From Eledone cirrhosa (lineage: Eukaryota), in NCBI GenBank assembly GCA_964016885.1, contig OZ024745.1:52762001-52826000 (forward strand): a DNA stretch of 64,000 nt, written 5' to 3'. Positions 40,036 through 52,645 of the stretch are shown here, one piece after another. Numbering within the stretch: position 1 is the stretch's first letter; every line of letters starts with the position of its first letter. A program made the translations under genes and the position numbers. The notes beneath the pieces were generated by a model. It saw nothing but the letters and a program-made list of their open reading frames with translations. It searched no databases and was not told the DNA's origin.

Positions 40036-40515
40036 TCGTGTGTATGGGTGTGTGTGTATGTGTGTGTGTGTGTGTGTGTGTGTACGTGTGTGTGTGTGTG
40101 TGTGTGCGTGTGTGTGTGTGTGTGTGTGTGCGTGTAGCGTAGATATACAATACAACAGGAGGAATATAATAGTACCACTGACGATGATGAAGATGTGCAG
40201 AACTTTGTTAGACTATATATATGTGTTTGTGTCTATATTGTATCTGTATTTTTGACCGTTGGTCAGTAAATGGTATATACATACATACACACATATATAT
40301 ATATATGTACGTATGGATTTACCGAATATTTATTTAGTTAACATTTATTATAATACTAAGAGTGAGAAATGAAATTTCGTTTCATTTTTTCCGTCTATCG
40401 TTTTCGGTACCCCGGCCGACTAACTCACTCGATATGCAAATTAGGCTGCTCAGCCGTTAATATGCATACGGAAAGTATATACTTTCAGACGTTCAATCAT
40501 CTGGCAGGATGGTAT

Positions 40516-40557
40516 ACGATGCTGACGATAGCTAATAAGTTGAAATTTTTACATCGT
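40516..40557 (+). ncRNA. Type I hammerhead ribozyme, stem III mutated
   Basis: ACGATG-CTGACGA-TAGCT aata AGTT-GAAA-TTTTTA-CATCGT. Confidence 0.6.
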
Positions 40558-40944
40558 TCCTTTGTCAGTGTTGAACAAAAGAGTAACGATGGTTGCTAAA
40601 CACTGTACGGCTTACTTCGGGATGTTTGTTTACAAACACACCGAGAATTATAATAAATGTTCGGTAAATCCATACGTACATATATATATGTGTGCATGTA
40701 TGTATATATATATACATACTACTGTACGTCTGTATACATATATGTATGTACGTTTACATACTTATATTTAAGTAACAGCTGTACTAAGAGTGAGAAATGA
40801 AATTTCGTTTCATTTTTTCCGTTTATCGTTTTCGGTGCGCCCGGCCGATTAACTCACTCGATATGCAAATTAGGCTGCTCAGCCGTTAATATGCATACGG
40901 AAAGTATATACTTTCAGATGTTCAATCATCTGGCAGGAAGGTAT

Positions 40945-40987
40945 ATGATGCTGACGATAGCTAATAAACTTGAAACTAGTACATCGT
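40945..40987 (+). ncRNA. Type I minimal hammerhead ribozyme
   Basis: ATGATG-CTGACGA-TAGCT aata AACTT-GAAA-CTAGTA-CATCGT. Full core, one stem II mismatch, GUA triplet (predicted cut after 40981). Confidence 0.8.
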
Positions 40988-41254
40988 TCCTTTGTCAGTG
41001 TTGAACAAAAGAGCAACGATGGTTGCTAACTACTATAAGGCTTAATTCGGGATGTTTGTTTAAAAACACACCGAGAATTATAATAAATGTACGGAAATCC
41101 ATACGTATATATATATATGTGTGCATGTATGTATATATACATACTACTGTACGTATGTATACATATATGTATGTACGTATACATACTTATATTTAAGTAA
41201 CAGCCGTACTAAGAGCGAGAAATGAAATTTCGTTTCATTGTTTCCGTTTATATT

Positions 41255-41312
<58 letters not shown>

Positions 41313-44300
41313 CCACACCCACACACACACACACACAAGTATATGCAAATATGTAAGTATTCATTGGGGAATGCTTAATACATTTTATTAGAGCCTTAAC
41401 AATATCTACGTTTCTTTTTAATTCATGTTGTACCTCATATAACACTAATAACGTATTCGAAATAAAAAATAAAATCTATCAACATAATTTTTGCTTCAGT
41501 ATTTCATTTTAAGTTGCATATCGTTTACTCTCTATTTTTTCGCCACTTCATTTTTTTTTTTTGTCAGTCTTACCATAAATACCAGCCTCTTGTTATATAC
41601 TTTTCTTTCTCTCTATCTTTATTTCAATGTTTGTCCTTATCTTTGTATATATGCACAGATATATGGCAGTCGGCGTAACTGTATGCATATATATATAAGT
41701 GTTTGTATTATATATGCAATTGGTTATTGTGAAAAACTTGTTTTTAGCTTCAAATCGAACGGAATACACATTCTTCACGGAAATGTTAAATATGTTCGTA
41801 TAGAGAAGAGAGGGTGGAGGGACATAAAATTACGTCTTACACCCCAAAAGTGTTGCACATGTGCGAAATATTCTCTGTTCCAATTTACATTAGATTACAG
41901 AAAGACGAGGTGAATGATCAAAGAGAAATATATCATCAACAGACTGGAAATAAACTTAGTTTCTTTTATAATCAATGAAATCAATGTATTCCTTCTACAT
42001 ATAAAGTTGCAATAGCTTCTCGTTTCTTTCCTTTTCAACATAAAAAAAAATCAATCAACCTAACACCATCGAATCCAATCCAGAATATGAAACGGACACG
42101 TTCTTCAAATAATATAATCTCGAGCTACATATATTAGTTTGTCTGAGTCAAATGATATCATACAGACTATGAATAGTAACTTACATCAAAATATTGGACT
42201 CTGACGTAAGCACATCGCCAAATCTGGCTAGTGTTGTGGGGTCACAGTTGATTGAATTGTATGTTGTATATTTTCCTATTTATTACACAGATTACAGAAG
42301 AATAAACCTGTAAAGCTGACCCAAGAAGCTTTTCCAATTACAATGTAGATACATTCTGAAGCCGGTCTTGTCAGCTTTTCAACTTAAGGTATAAAGACTT
42401 TCTACATTCTCTCATGTTGTTAGTTATATTGGCTCTGTATTGTTCATGTCCAGTCACCAAACATGGATCGATGAAAAAGTAATTATACCAATAATCTCTG
42501 GTTTCTGGCGCAAGGTAACCACATTGTACAGGACGTAAATATTAAAAGCATTCAAAATCAACTCTATCCTGCTATTTATTTTATCAACATTCAGATTGCC
42601 GAATGTAAATGGTGGTGTAGCATTTCGTTACGTTTTCCATTATATCTATTTCGCTCGTGTTAATAAGGATATCTAACACAGATAAAAGATCACGCATTTT
42701 GGCAGATAATTATTAGACGATTATATAGAAGATATGTCTTGGTTGATAATTATTTTATCTCTCATAGAAGCTGAGAAGGTTGCTTCTTTCGTCTTAGATC
42801 AGTTTTGTACTCGATATGGGCTTGATTTTATTTCAGATTTGTATCTATTTCAGTTTGCTTTTGCAACGCAAACTCTGAAGTTAATGATGTGAAAATACTA
42901 GTAATGGCTACTGGGCTCCCTAGGTTTCGGTTACTGGAATCAAATATAAAGTATCCCGGTTTCTTCGATGCTGCGGTCAATAGTAATCTGAGACCAGAAT
43001 TTTCTGAGTCTACTTGATTTTGGCGCTGTAAATAAGATTGGCTATCGTTTTCTTTCTTCCTATGCTTCGTCAATCTCTCTGGGCAAAACACTTTAAGAGG
43101 ATCTTACACCTACACGTATAGAATTTTGGTTTCTTGTTTTGCGCAACGAGCCTAGTACCGTTTAGGTTTGCTACTTAATGGGGTATAACTCCAATGAAAT
43201 GTGTAATGTTAATGCAGACGTCATCCGTCCTTGCATATTAATACAGATTTTCCTCGTTCATATGTATATTCGTGCCACTACCATGCTTATCACTGCCCAT
43301 TAGCTGCGGCAAATGTGGAGTGATGCCTAGATTCAATATCCACAATTATGCTTTTGGGTGTAACATTTGAGTGGCGTCCCCACATGATGCAGAAGCATGG
43401 TTGGGCTTAAGCGGCGTTTTCACTCATATGCAATGTTCCTGCCTCATATGCAGCAAATATCATGACATGCGGTGCAGATCCTTTCGTGCAGATACATATA
43501 TAAAGACGTATAGAGACCGTTAAATTTTGGGAAAACTTGGATAATACAATTTGTTTTGTTCCTGTATTGTGTCTATTCATCCACTAAGAAGGCATTTCTC
43601 TTAAATCAAGCCACTGTCATGGTATATTCGTTTCTAGCAGCCCAGGTAATTAATACCCCTCTCATTGATTAGCAATTTGAGTGAAACGTTATATCTTCCT
43701 CTTAATATTAACAGAAACTAGATATGATGTCGTTTCTGTATATATTTCGGAAAATGTAAATATTCTGAAGTCTTTGCCTGATCCTCTACAATACTGTTGC
43801 AGGCAATTGACACTCTATTTAAGCACGAGACATTTATAGACGAAATGTGTTACCTATTGGAAAGGTTTTCCGAGACAATACACCTTAATGTAGCAGGATG
43901 TCACGCATTAACTCCGACAAAAATCTTCTTGATGTCAAATCATGTAGCAAAGCACCTAGATATAGATCTAACAACCTTTCAGATTCCTCGTGCAAAGCAT
44001 ATTGTATGCTTCAAAACCCCTCGACCCACTTGTATGGAATTGATAATTCTATAATATACAATTTAGCTTACAGACAGTGCACATATATTTGACATCATTT
44101 TCTCCGAAATATATTACATTAGAACACAATTTATCAAAATAGTAATGTACTGGAGTTTTCACAAGCGGGTTGCCTAGCGCTTGAACTGGGAACATTAAGG
44201 CAATTGTGATATGTATTGCATTTGTATTTGAATTGGTAAGATTCCAGATATACAGAAACATGTTCGTAAGAACGTTAGCAAAACGCCTGTACATATAGAG

Positions 44301-44325
44301 ATAAGAATCTTCCAAAATATAATAA

Positions 44326-44532
44326 ATGTTTCTACATTTGGCACCAAGCCAGCAATCCAAATGAAAGGGAGTAAATTAAATCGACTCCACTACATTACTG
44401 TTACCTAAGTTTTCGACCCTGTAAGGGAGAAAGAACACGTTAACCTCGGCAGATTTTGAACTCAGAACGTAACTATATGCCGCAAAGCATGTTGTCCTAT
44501 GCTCTATGGATACTGCCAATGCATTGCCCTCA
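44326..44532 (-). mobile_element. Older SINE copy with 15-bp TSD
   Basis: Reverse-complement SINE core (TTCGACCCTGTAAGGGAGAAAG...AACCTCGGCAGATTTTGAACTCAG). TCCAAAATATAATAA at 44311-44325 and 44533-44547. Confidence 0.75.
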
Positions 44533-44757
44533 TCCAAAATATAATAATAAAAGGCACTGACAACGTTCGTCAGTAATTCTTCTAAATGATTTGTTAAATG
44601 CGAACCTTTTTTCTAACCTCTAAACACAATTATTAAAATTAAAAATTCTGGTGAACATTGAACAAGTAACGCACTTGCCCCTTTCACCCGGTCATTGTTG
44701 GCCTAGTGCTTAAATGAGAAACCATTACTATTATAAATAGTTGTAGTTTCAGCACCT

Positions 44758-44817
<60 letters not shown>

Positions 44818-45449
44818 TGAGGCATATGTCACTTCTCTTCAATTACTGCATTGATATTGCCATAATTGCCATAATTACAAGACATTCATACCTTATGGAG
44901 TTACGTCAAATCGCTGCCATCACGTGAGAAGGGTTCCGGCTATTAGCTGTCTTTCATTATGAAAGTACCCTAACTGCCTTTTTCTGCAAGGGAGGGCAGG
45001 CATTACTTTACAGCTTGATGGCCATGCCGAAAGTGTTTGTGACGTGAACATGGTTGCAAATTTTGTAAACTGACAATTGTCACTATAAATGTTTTTTTTG
45101 TTTGTTTTTTTGTTCTGTTTTGTAAAGGATTTGAAATGGAAAGGGAAGTGTTGCTGTCCGGTAAATATCTGGAAATGCGTACGAGAGTGACTCTATGTCA
45201 TCGACATTATCGTCTCTGTTTGGTTTAGAGCTCACTGCAGCATTCAATAGTATTATTGGCGAAATTGCAGAATTATTATTTTGTCCGTCTAAATGTGGTA
45301 TGTAGTTACGTCTCTTTATTTGCCAAGTTCAAATCATTCTGTGATCAGTTTTGCCTTTCGCCCATGCATGGTTATTATAAAAGAGTATTCTCAGTTATTG
45401 ATTCGACAATTTTCTAACTCCATTCCTAAATTTGGAGTTATTGTGCTTA

Positions 45450-45735
45450 TCTCCTTATAATATATAACCAGCAATTTCTCTGTCTGTCTGTCCGACAGTG
45501 GAAACACGTGCGCGCGTGGTTGCTATCTCTCTCTCTCTCTCCAGCTATCCCTCTCTTTTAGTCTGTCTGTTCCTCTCACTCTCACTCTTTCTCTTTGTAA
45601 CACACTAACATTCCTCCCCACTATCGCTGTGACGAATGGTGAGATGGAGGAGGAGGAGGAGGAAGAGGAGAGAGTCACTTCGTCACTTCACCTCTGCCTT
45701 TCTTTCTCTCCCCTCTCACTCCCTCATTACGTACA
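45450..45735 (+). mobile_element. Possible Helitron-like 5' fragment
   Basis: TCCTTATAATATATAACCAGCAATTTCTCTGTCTGTCTGTCC resembles non-autonomous Helitron 5' ends (TC...TATATA...[CTGT]n). No 3' CTAG end was seen. Confidence 0.35.
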
Positions 45736-45740
45736 GACAT

Positions 45741-45936
45741 TAGGGCGGTGGATTGGCAGAATCTGTAGAGAGTCGGAGACCATGCTTCATAGCATGGAGT
45801 TACGTCTCTTTACGGTCTGAGTTCAAATACCGCCGAGGTTAACTTTGGCTTTCATCCTCACGGGGTCGATAAAATAAAGTACCAGTAATGTACTGGTTAA
45901 TTGTTGGCCTTGTGCCAAAAGTAGAAACAATTATTA
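45741..45936 (+). mobile_element. SINE, full length
   Basis: AGGGCGGTGGATTGGCAGAATC (A-box-like) ... GAGTTCAAATAC (B-box-like) ... core ... GTAGAAACAATTATTA. Confidence 0.88.
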
Positions 45937-46050
45937 GAAACATTGCTTCATTTTTACATATCTAAGCATTAGCAAAATAACTAATAATTTCAAAAGTAAT
46001 TTTTCAATTCCAATTGTTATAAACAGCAAAACATTAATAATAATTTTGTT

Positions 46051-46206
46051 CTAAGAAATATATATACATTTCTGTGTGTGTAATATATATATATATACAC
46101 ACACAGAAATATATATATATATACACACAGAAATATATATACATTTCTGTGTGTGTAATATATATATATATATACACACAGAAATATATATGCATTTCTG
46201 TGTGTG

Positions 46207-46291
<85 letters not shown>

Positions 46292-46360
46292 GAAATATAT
46301 ATACATTTCTGTGTGTGTAATATATATATATATATACACACACAGAAATATATGGGCATT
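46051..46360. repeat. Palindromic minisatellite ACACACAGAAAT-(AT)n-CATTTCTGTGTGT embedded in (TA)n
   Basis: About 4-5 copies or half-copies of the hairpin unit. Confidence 0.85.
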
Positions 46361-46895
46361 TCTCTGTTTGTCTGTCTGTCTATCTGTCTGCCCTTCCCTA
46401 AAACTCAAATGTAGGTGCTACAGAAATATTACCTTATCCTTCCTTTCTCCACTTTGGTACTACCAAGAGATACACTGTCGCTATAGAAACATTTCCTTCC
46501 CCTCTCCACTGACTTTGGTCACTGAGGCCGAGGGAATCGCTGGTTGCTATAGAGACACCTTGCACAAGCCAGAAGTAACCAGTTCGAGGCGGTTCTGACT
46601 TGACACCATGCCAAGGACCATTTGAAGATATATTTCCATCGTTATATCATAACGTTTATGTATCATAACGTTTATATTTCCGTCACTAATCTCTGTTTCT
46701 CCTTTTTCGTTTTAACATATATTTATTTCAAAGATTTCACCGTATAGATAACATATATTTATACATGCATAAAAGACACACCGAGAGACGGTGAACATGT
46801 GGTCCCGAAAACATTTCTCATCCAAATCTCAACAATATCAGTATATACACTAGATTTGCTAGCAGAAAACCACCCACCGGGTGGTTTTCTGCTAG

Positions 46896-47811
46896 TCTAT
46901 ATATATAAAACTGAGGATGTATGTCTATGTGTGCGTGAGTTTGAATCTCTAAAACTCGAGAAGCACTCAATCGATTGTTTTCAAACTTTACACATGTAAT
47001 ACTTATGTTTCAGGGAGTGTTCTGAGCACAAGAAATTCAAATTTCCAATGCCCTAGGGACCGCATTAGGCGATTTAGCGATATCTCTCTACAATTCTTAG
47101 TCTTTCTATTTTTAGATAGATACATACATATAACGTCGCGCCCTTATAATATATGTCTGTATGTCTGGCTGTCTGCCTTACGTTACTTCCCTGATGATGT
47201 ATGTCTGTGTCTGTGAGTTTGAATCCCTAAAACTCGAGACGTACCCAACCGATCTTTTTCAAACTTTACGTGTGTATTACTTATGTATCAGGGAGTGTTT
47301 TGCACATAAAAGAATTCAACTTTTTGATATCCTAGGGCACACATTAACTAAAAAATTGCGTTTTTTTAGCTTTTTATGGTCTTTTATAGGCGTTACGTCA
47401 GACCGATTTCCTTGAAATTGTAGCTATGTATTAGACAGTCTTCTTCATACCGTGAGCAAAGAAAATCCAACTTTTTTCTGGCCTATGGCCGGCATTAGGT
47501 GAATAACTTCATTTTTTCAGCTTTTTATGGCTTTTTGGAGGCGTTACGTCTAGCCGACTTTCCTGAAATTGCAAGGCATATTATGCACATTTAAAAAATT
47601 CATTTTCTTGATCTCCTTGGGCCCGCATTAGGTGAAAACGTGTATTTTTCCTGCTTCATCGAGGAAAATCTTAAAGATTATCCAGCCATCAGAGTATTGG
47701 GTTCATTTTCTTTACCTATTGTCCAGGCATGCAGTTTTTCCACGATTAGGTCTGTTGGCGGCCCGCGTTCCAAAATAACTTATCCCGTGCAACACCGGGT
47801 ACCACTGCTAG
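46896..47811 (+). mobile_element. Non-autonomous Helitron
   Basis: 5' end TCTATATATATAAAA. 3' end has the hairpin CCCG-TGCAACAC-CGGG followed by CTGCTAG|T. Internal direct duplication (~46915-47060 vs ~47195-47345). Confidence 0.8.
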
Positions 47812-49321
47812 TGATATATACAGAATAAGTACCAGTAATACACAAACGGACAATGAATATATGTTTCTATGTAAGTATGGGAAATTAGTTTTATTATTTG
47901 TTCAATAATGATTTAGATGAAGTTCGAATGTTATTTAAATAGAATATGTTATATATGTGTAATGACGATTTGGGTGAAATGTGTCTGGAGATGAAATTAT
48001 ATTCAGACGATGAGTTTACCGTACCAGAATGAAAGCATTAAAAACTAAAGATAACGGCTGATTTGAAAGCGCATAGGAAAATAGTATCATTTGAGATATA
48101 ATCAACTGAATGCCTACTGTATTGAACAATACATAAGAATTGCTGATTATTCTTGCAAGAATAGGTTAATTGTCTGGTAATCACAAGTTATACTCATTTA
48201 AAAAGGAATACGAATATGAATATTTGATGCAGCTGTATTGTAATGGAGTGTAAAATTATTTGGTCTCAACAATTATAGTTGGATAAATCATATCAAATAT
48301 AATAAGACACCTATAAAATAGAACCAATTAATTGTAAGAACATCGTATTGACTACCACTTTATATGACGTCAGTTCAACATTCATGGATGTAATTCTGTG
48401 ATATTATGTGGGAAAATGAAATTCACCAGTACTAATCCCTGGAAGTATAGATTGATAGGGGAATATATATATGAATATATACAAAACAATTAGTCAAATT
48501 CAAGATATAATGTAAACTGAAAATAATGGCTGTGTCTCTATTCACACCTAATTATTTTGTAGAATCCAGTAGGTATAAACTTGCTTCAAATAAAATATAT
48601 TTTAAAGCTAATATATGGAGCAATAGAGGATTTCCATTTTTCTCACGGTTTCAAAACATGTCTATGTTCATTTTTCTAGCATATAGGAACTATTGATCAT
48701 ATATTAATATAGGCCGGTGACCAAACTCAAAAGTTGATATGACAGATTATAGGAAAATGTGATATTTTTATGGAGGAGAAAAGCAAGTGCTTATGCATTT
48801 ATCAAAACTTTAATTAGGTGTGGCTTATCCATACAAAAGATTTGATGAAAAAATTCCCGAAATATATGTGATAATATCAATTTGTGTCGGGTAATGGGGA
48901 AATGATTGCATCCAAATCCATATGATTGAGAATTCATATAACTAACAGCACCATACTTTATGCAAGCAACTGTATACCAATTTAAGCTTGTTAATAATTT
49001 AAATTCCAAAACATTTGAAATAGTACGGATGTGGAAAAAGAAAATACCGATGATAGAAATGTTTCAGGCTGCGACAATTTCAGTATATATTAGTTTAGAC
49101 ACATATATGGGGTATGACAGAACAGATGTTCCTATTCATTGTATATCGATTGCTACATATGTTCCACAGATGATTGACTCGAGATACTCATTGATGAGGA
49201 TCTCGAGCCAATCATCTGTGTAGCATATGTAACTGTCCTTATAAAATAAAACTGTTTTAAAGGGAAATACGATATAGCCTACTGTATCTCTCTCATTCTC
49301 TCGATATATACATATATATAT

Positions 49322-49395
<74 letters not shown>

Positions 49396-49397
<2 letters not shown>

Positions 49398-49547
49398 CGA
49401 AGAAGGTATGGTAAGAAACCAGATGGACCATAACGCACCAGAGTACTCAATATTTAGGGTAGTAGAGTGGGTAACAGGAAAATGTTTGACTCAGACGGCA
49501 GAAATAGCCGTCGAAACGGCTTGAGCTCTGCCGTCAGGGTCACACAT

Positions 49548-49553
<6 letters not shown>
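49396..49553 (+). mobile_element. Second copy of the 32345-32540 hairpin element, with part of the left arm deleted, between (TA)n tracts
   Basis: AACCAGATGGACCATAACGCACCAGAGTACTCAATA...GAAATAGCCGTCGAAACGGCTTGAGCTCTGCCGTC. Confidence 0.75.
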
Positions 49554-49610
<57 letters not shown>

Positions 49611-49969
49611 TGTATGTATGCGAGAGACTCCTAGTCTTCATTAAGACGTCTCTCTTGGAGAAGGTCACTCTGATATAAAACCTGTGACTTCGTTTGCAAT
49701 CAATGATGTAGAATTTATGCGTAAATACATTCGATGTTCAGAGAGTGGGATTGGCGCGGTGCAAAGCCTTTCGTCTCTTACAAAAGATTCAAACACAGGC
49801 TTCGCTTGATATGTGGCGTTTTTTTATGATGCAGGATATTGCTGCCGACAGGATATTCCTCCCTAGGAGGAATAAAAGCCACATTTGTTGTGTTCACACT
49901 TATTTATCAAGCGATGGTATTACTGAAATCGAGTTGCAGCCATCATATATAAAAGCTGTGTGTAGTAGA

Positions 49970-50875
49970 TATAGAGAGGCGGGGTGCGATTAATTGTAAT
50001 AGAGATGGGTGTAGGGATAGAGTGTTGTATGCTTGATGTAGAGAAGGGGAGAGTTTGGTTGTAATGAATGGAGTGAGAGAATTGATAGAGATAGATATTG
50101 ATAGATATAGAGAGGGAGGAGTTTGGTAATGATGGATAGAGTGAGAGAGAATAAGAGAGAGTGTTGTATGTTAGATATAGAGAGGAGTATAGTTTGGTGA
50201 TAACTGATATAGAAAGGGTGAATGGGAGAGAGTGTTGTGTGGTAGATATAGAGAGGAGTATAGTTTGGTGATAACTGATATAGAAAGGGTGAATGGGAGA
50301 GAGTGTTGTGTGGTAGATATAGAGAGGAGTATAGTTTGGTGATAACTGATATAGAAAGGGTGAATGGGAGAGAGTGTTGTGTGGTAGATATAGAGAGTGT
50401 GATAGTTTGGTGATAACTGATATAGATAGGGCGTGTCTGAGACAGTGCTGTATGGTAGCTATAGAAGTGGGGTTCTGTAGTGATGTAGTTTTTTGAGTTA
50501 GAGGGAATGAGAGAGATTGTTGTATGGTAGATATAGAGAGGGGGAGAGTTTGATGGGAATTGATATAGTGAGGATGGTTAAGGGAGTACGCTGCATATTA
50601 GATATAGAGAGGGGAGAGCTTGATGTTTATTGATATAGAGAGGGGCATTGGGAGAGAGTTCCGTGTAATAGATATAGAGAGGGTGAGAGTTTGGTGCTAA
50701 TTGATATAGAGAGAGGGAGATTGGGAGAATATATGATATAATTGATGTAGAGAGGGGCACCGTTTCGACAGCTAGATCCGAACAGTTCGGAGCTCAGCCG
50801 TCGGAGTCCTGAATCTGTTCATATTATCAACTCTACTACTCTAAGTATCAAGTACTCTAGTATGGTATGGTCCAT
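49970..50875 (-). repeat. 71-bp minisatellite array joined to a head related to the 32.3/49.4-kb element
   Basis: Near-perfect period of 71 (AGTGTTGTG at 50231, 50302, 50373). Reverse complement of 50760-50875 reads GGACCATA...AGAGTACTTGATACTTAGAGTAGTAGAGT...CCGACGGCTGAGCTC...GTCGAAACGG. Confidence 0.8.
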
Positions 50876-51441
50876 ATATACATATACACATATACACACA
50901 CACGCATTACATTTCTCTGTGCGTGAGTGTGCGTACAGGCACTATGCGGAAGATTTCGAGCGAAGAGAATAAAAGTGAAAATTTTCGGTTGCCTACATTT
51001 CATAAGACTATGTATATATATATATATATATATATATACAAACATGTATACATATCTGTATACATACATGTTTGTAGGCATATGCGTATGTATTAGAATT
51101 ACACCTTGGCACCCAGCTTTTCCCCACAAAAAATATAAATATGTTCAAGTATAGAAATTTCAAGATTAGATATTTTATCCAAACTTTACTATTCATTACA
51201 GGCCAATCGTTACTGTGATGCATAGTAAACACGCACTACGAATTCAAAACAACCTTGTGGATTTCGAAGATTAGTGAAAGTGTATGAAATTTATTACATC
51301 CTTTGCACAAAAAAATACCTTATCATTTGTTATAGATATAAACTATCTTATAATCTTCTTTGCTCTCCATCCCACTCACTCACACACACACTCTCTCCCA
51401 CTCTCTCTCAATCTATCTATCTATCTGTCTCTCTACACCCG

Positions 51442-51604
<163 letters not shown>

Positions 51605-52589
51605 CAATTTAAATGCAGAGACTTCAATAGCTATTGCATTTTTATATTTTCTTTCCATATAGAATCAAAGAAGCGACTTTGAAAAACACCAGTCAGCAAA
51701 AATAAGTTTATGAAATATCGTGTTTAGGTCAATGGAGATTTTAGCGTAAACATTTCCCTGACATCCGTCAAACAAGACAACATGATAGAAATTGCAAATT
51801 ATATTGGAAATGTGTCCGAAGAAGTTTGAAAGAAAATTAAATGATGAAAGATAATAAGTCGTGCTTCTAATACGAGCATTAAATAACTGATAAAGTTGGT
51901 GTGTTCTGTCTCAGAATCAGCTTTGAAGTTACTAGGAGCGGTTTATTAAAGAGCAAACTTTCGGAGACGGATAAATAATGGATCGTTTCAGGTCTGATGA
52001 CATAGTGTGAGACTTTATAATTGCATATGCTTGTGTATTCAAGTATTAATCACCAATCTATTTCCGTCTTATTGTCTCCTTATAAATGTATTCTATCCAC
52101 CTCTGTTGCTGTGTTTCTTCTATTTCTCTTGTCTACCCTCCCAGATATCCGTCTAATGGCATTATACACACACACACACAAACATATATATATATATGTA
52201 TATATATATACCATACATATGTGTCTTAGGTGTATGTATAAGTGTGTGTGAGTAGGTGTGTGTATTTGCGTGCGTGTGTGTTGTTATGTGTGTGTGCGTG
52301 CATGTAGATATATTGTTGAATGTGTACAGAATAACACATTCTTTGAAACATATCTGAAGTTATCTAACGCCTGTATATGTACGTAGAATACATAATTAGA
52401 CTTCCAAACTGACCATATATCAACAAATATATCATAGAGGATTACATATATATACATACATTATATATATATAATAGCGTAAGGTCTTCGAAATGCTTTT
52501 AATTAAGCATACAGTGTATTGCAAAATACACTATATATACATCCATATACATATATATATATATATATGAATTATATATATATACATAC

Positions 52590-52642
<53 letters not shown>

Positions 52643-52645
<3 letters not shown>

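Larger units (their letters stand above)
40280..41255 (+). mobile_element. Tandem ~428-bp non-coding repeat carrying a hammerhead ribozyme (retrozyme-like), 2.1 units plus an inverted 5' piece
   Basis: Unit starts (ACTAAGAG) at 40355, 40783 and 41208. HHRs at 40516-40557 and 40945-40987. 40280-40333 is an inverted copy of ~40652-40702. The element ends in (TA)n. Confidence 0.85.

Noticed and set aside
40369-40599. 76-aa ORF (and 52897-53112) inside the 430-bp repeat
   Set aside because: Start and stop are not conserved between copies and there is no known motif; the unit is better explained as non-coding HHR RNA.
50150-50440. Regular 71-bp periodicity as a possible CRISPR array
   Set aside because: Whole units repeat with no unique spacers, no cas genes are present, and the context is eukaryotic.
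51990-52020. CTGATGA...GAGAC motif (similar isolated CTGANGA at 6400, 9369, 11050, 17431, 54232)
   Set aside because: No GAAA with proper stems; 7-mers of this kind are expected by chance.
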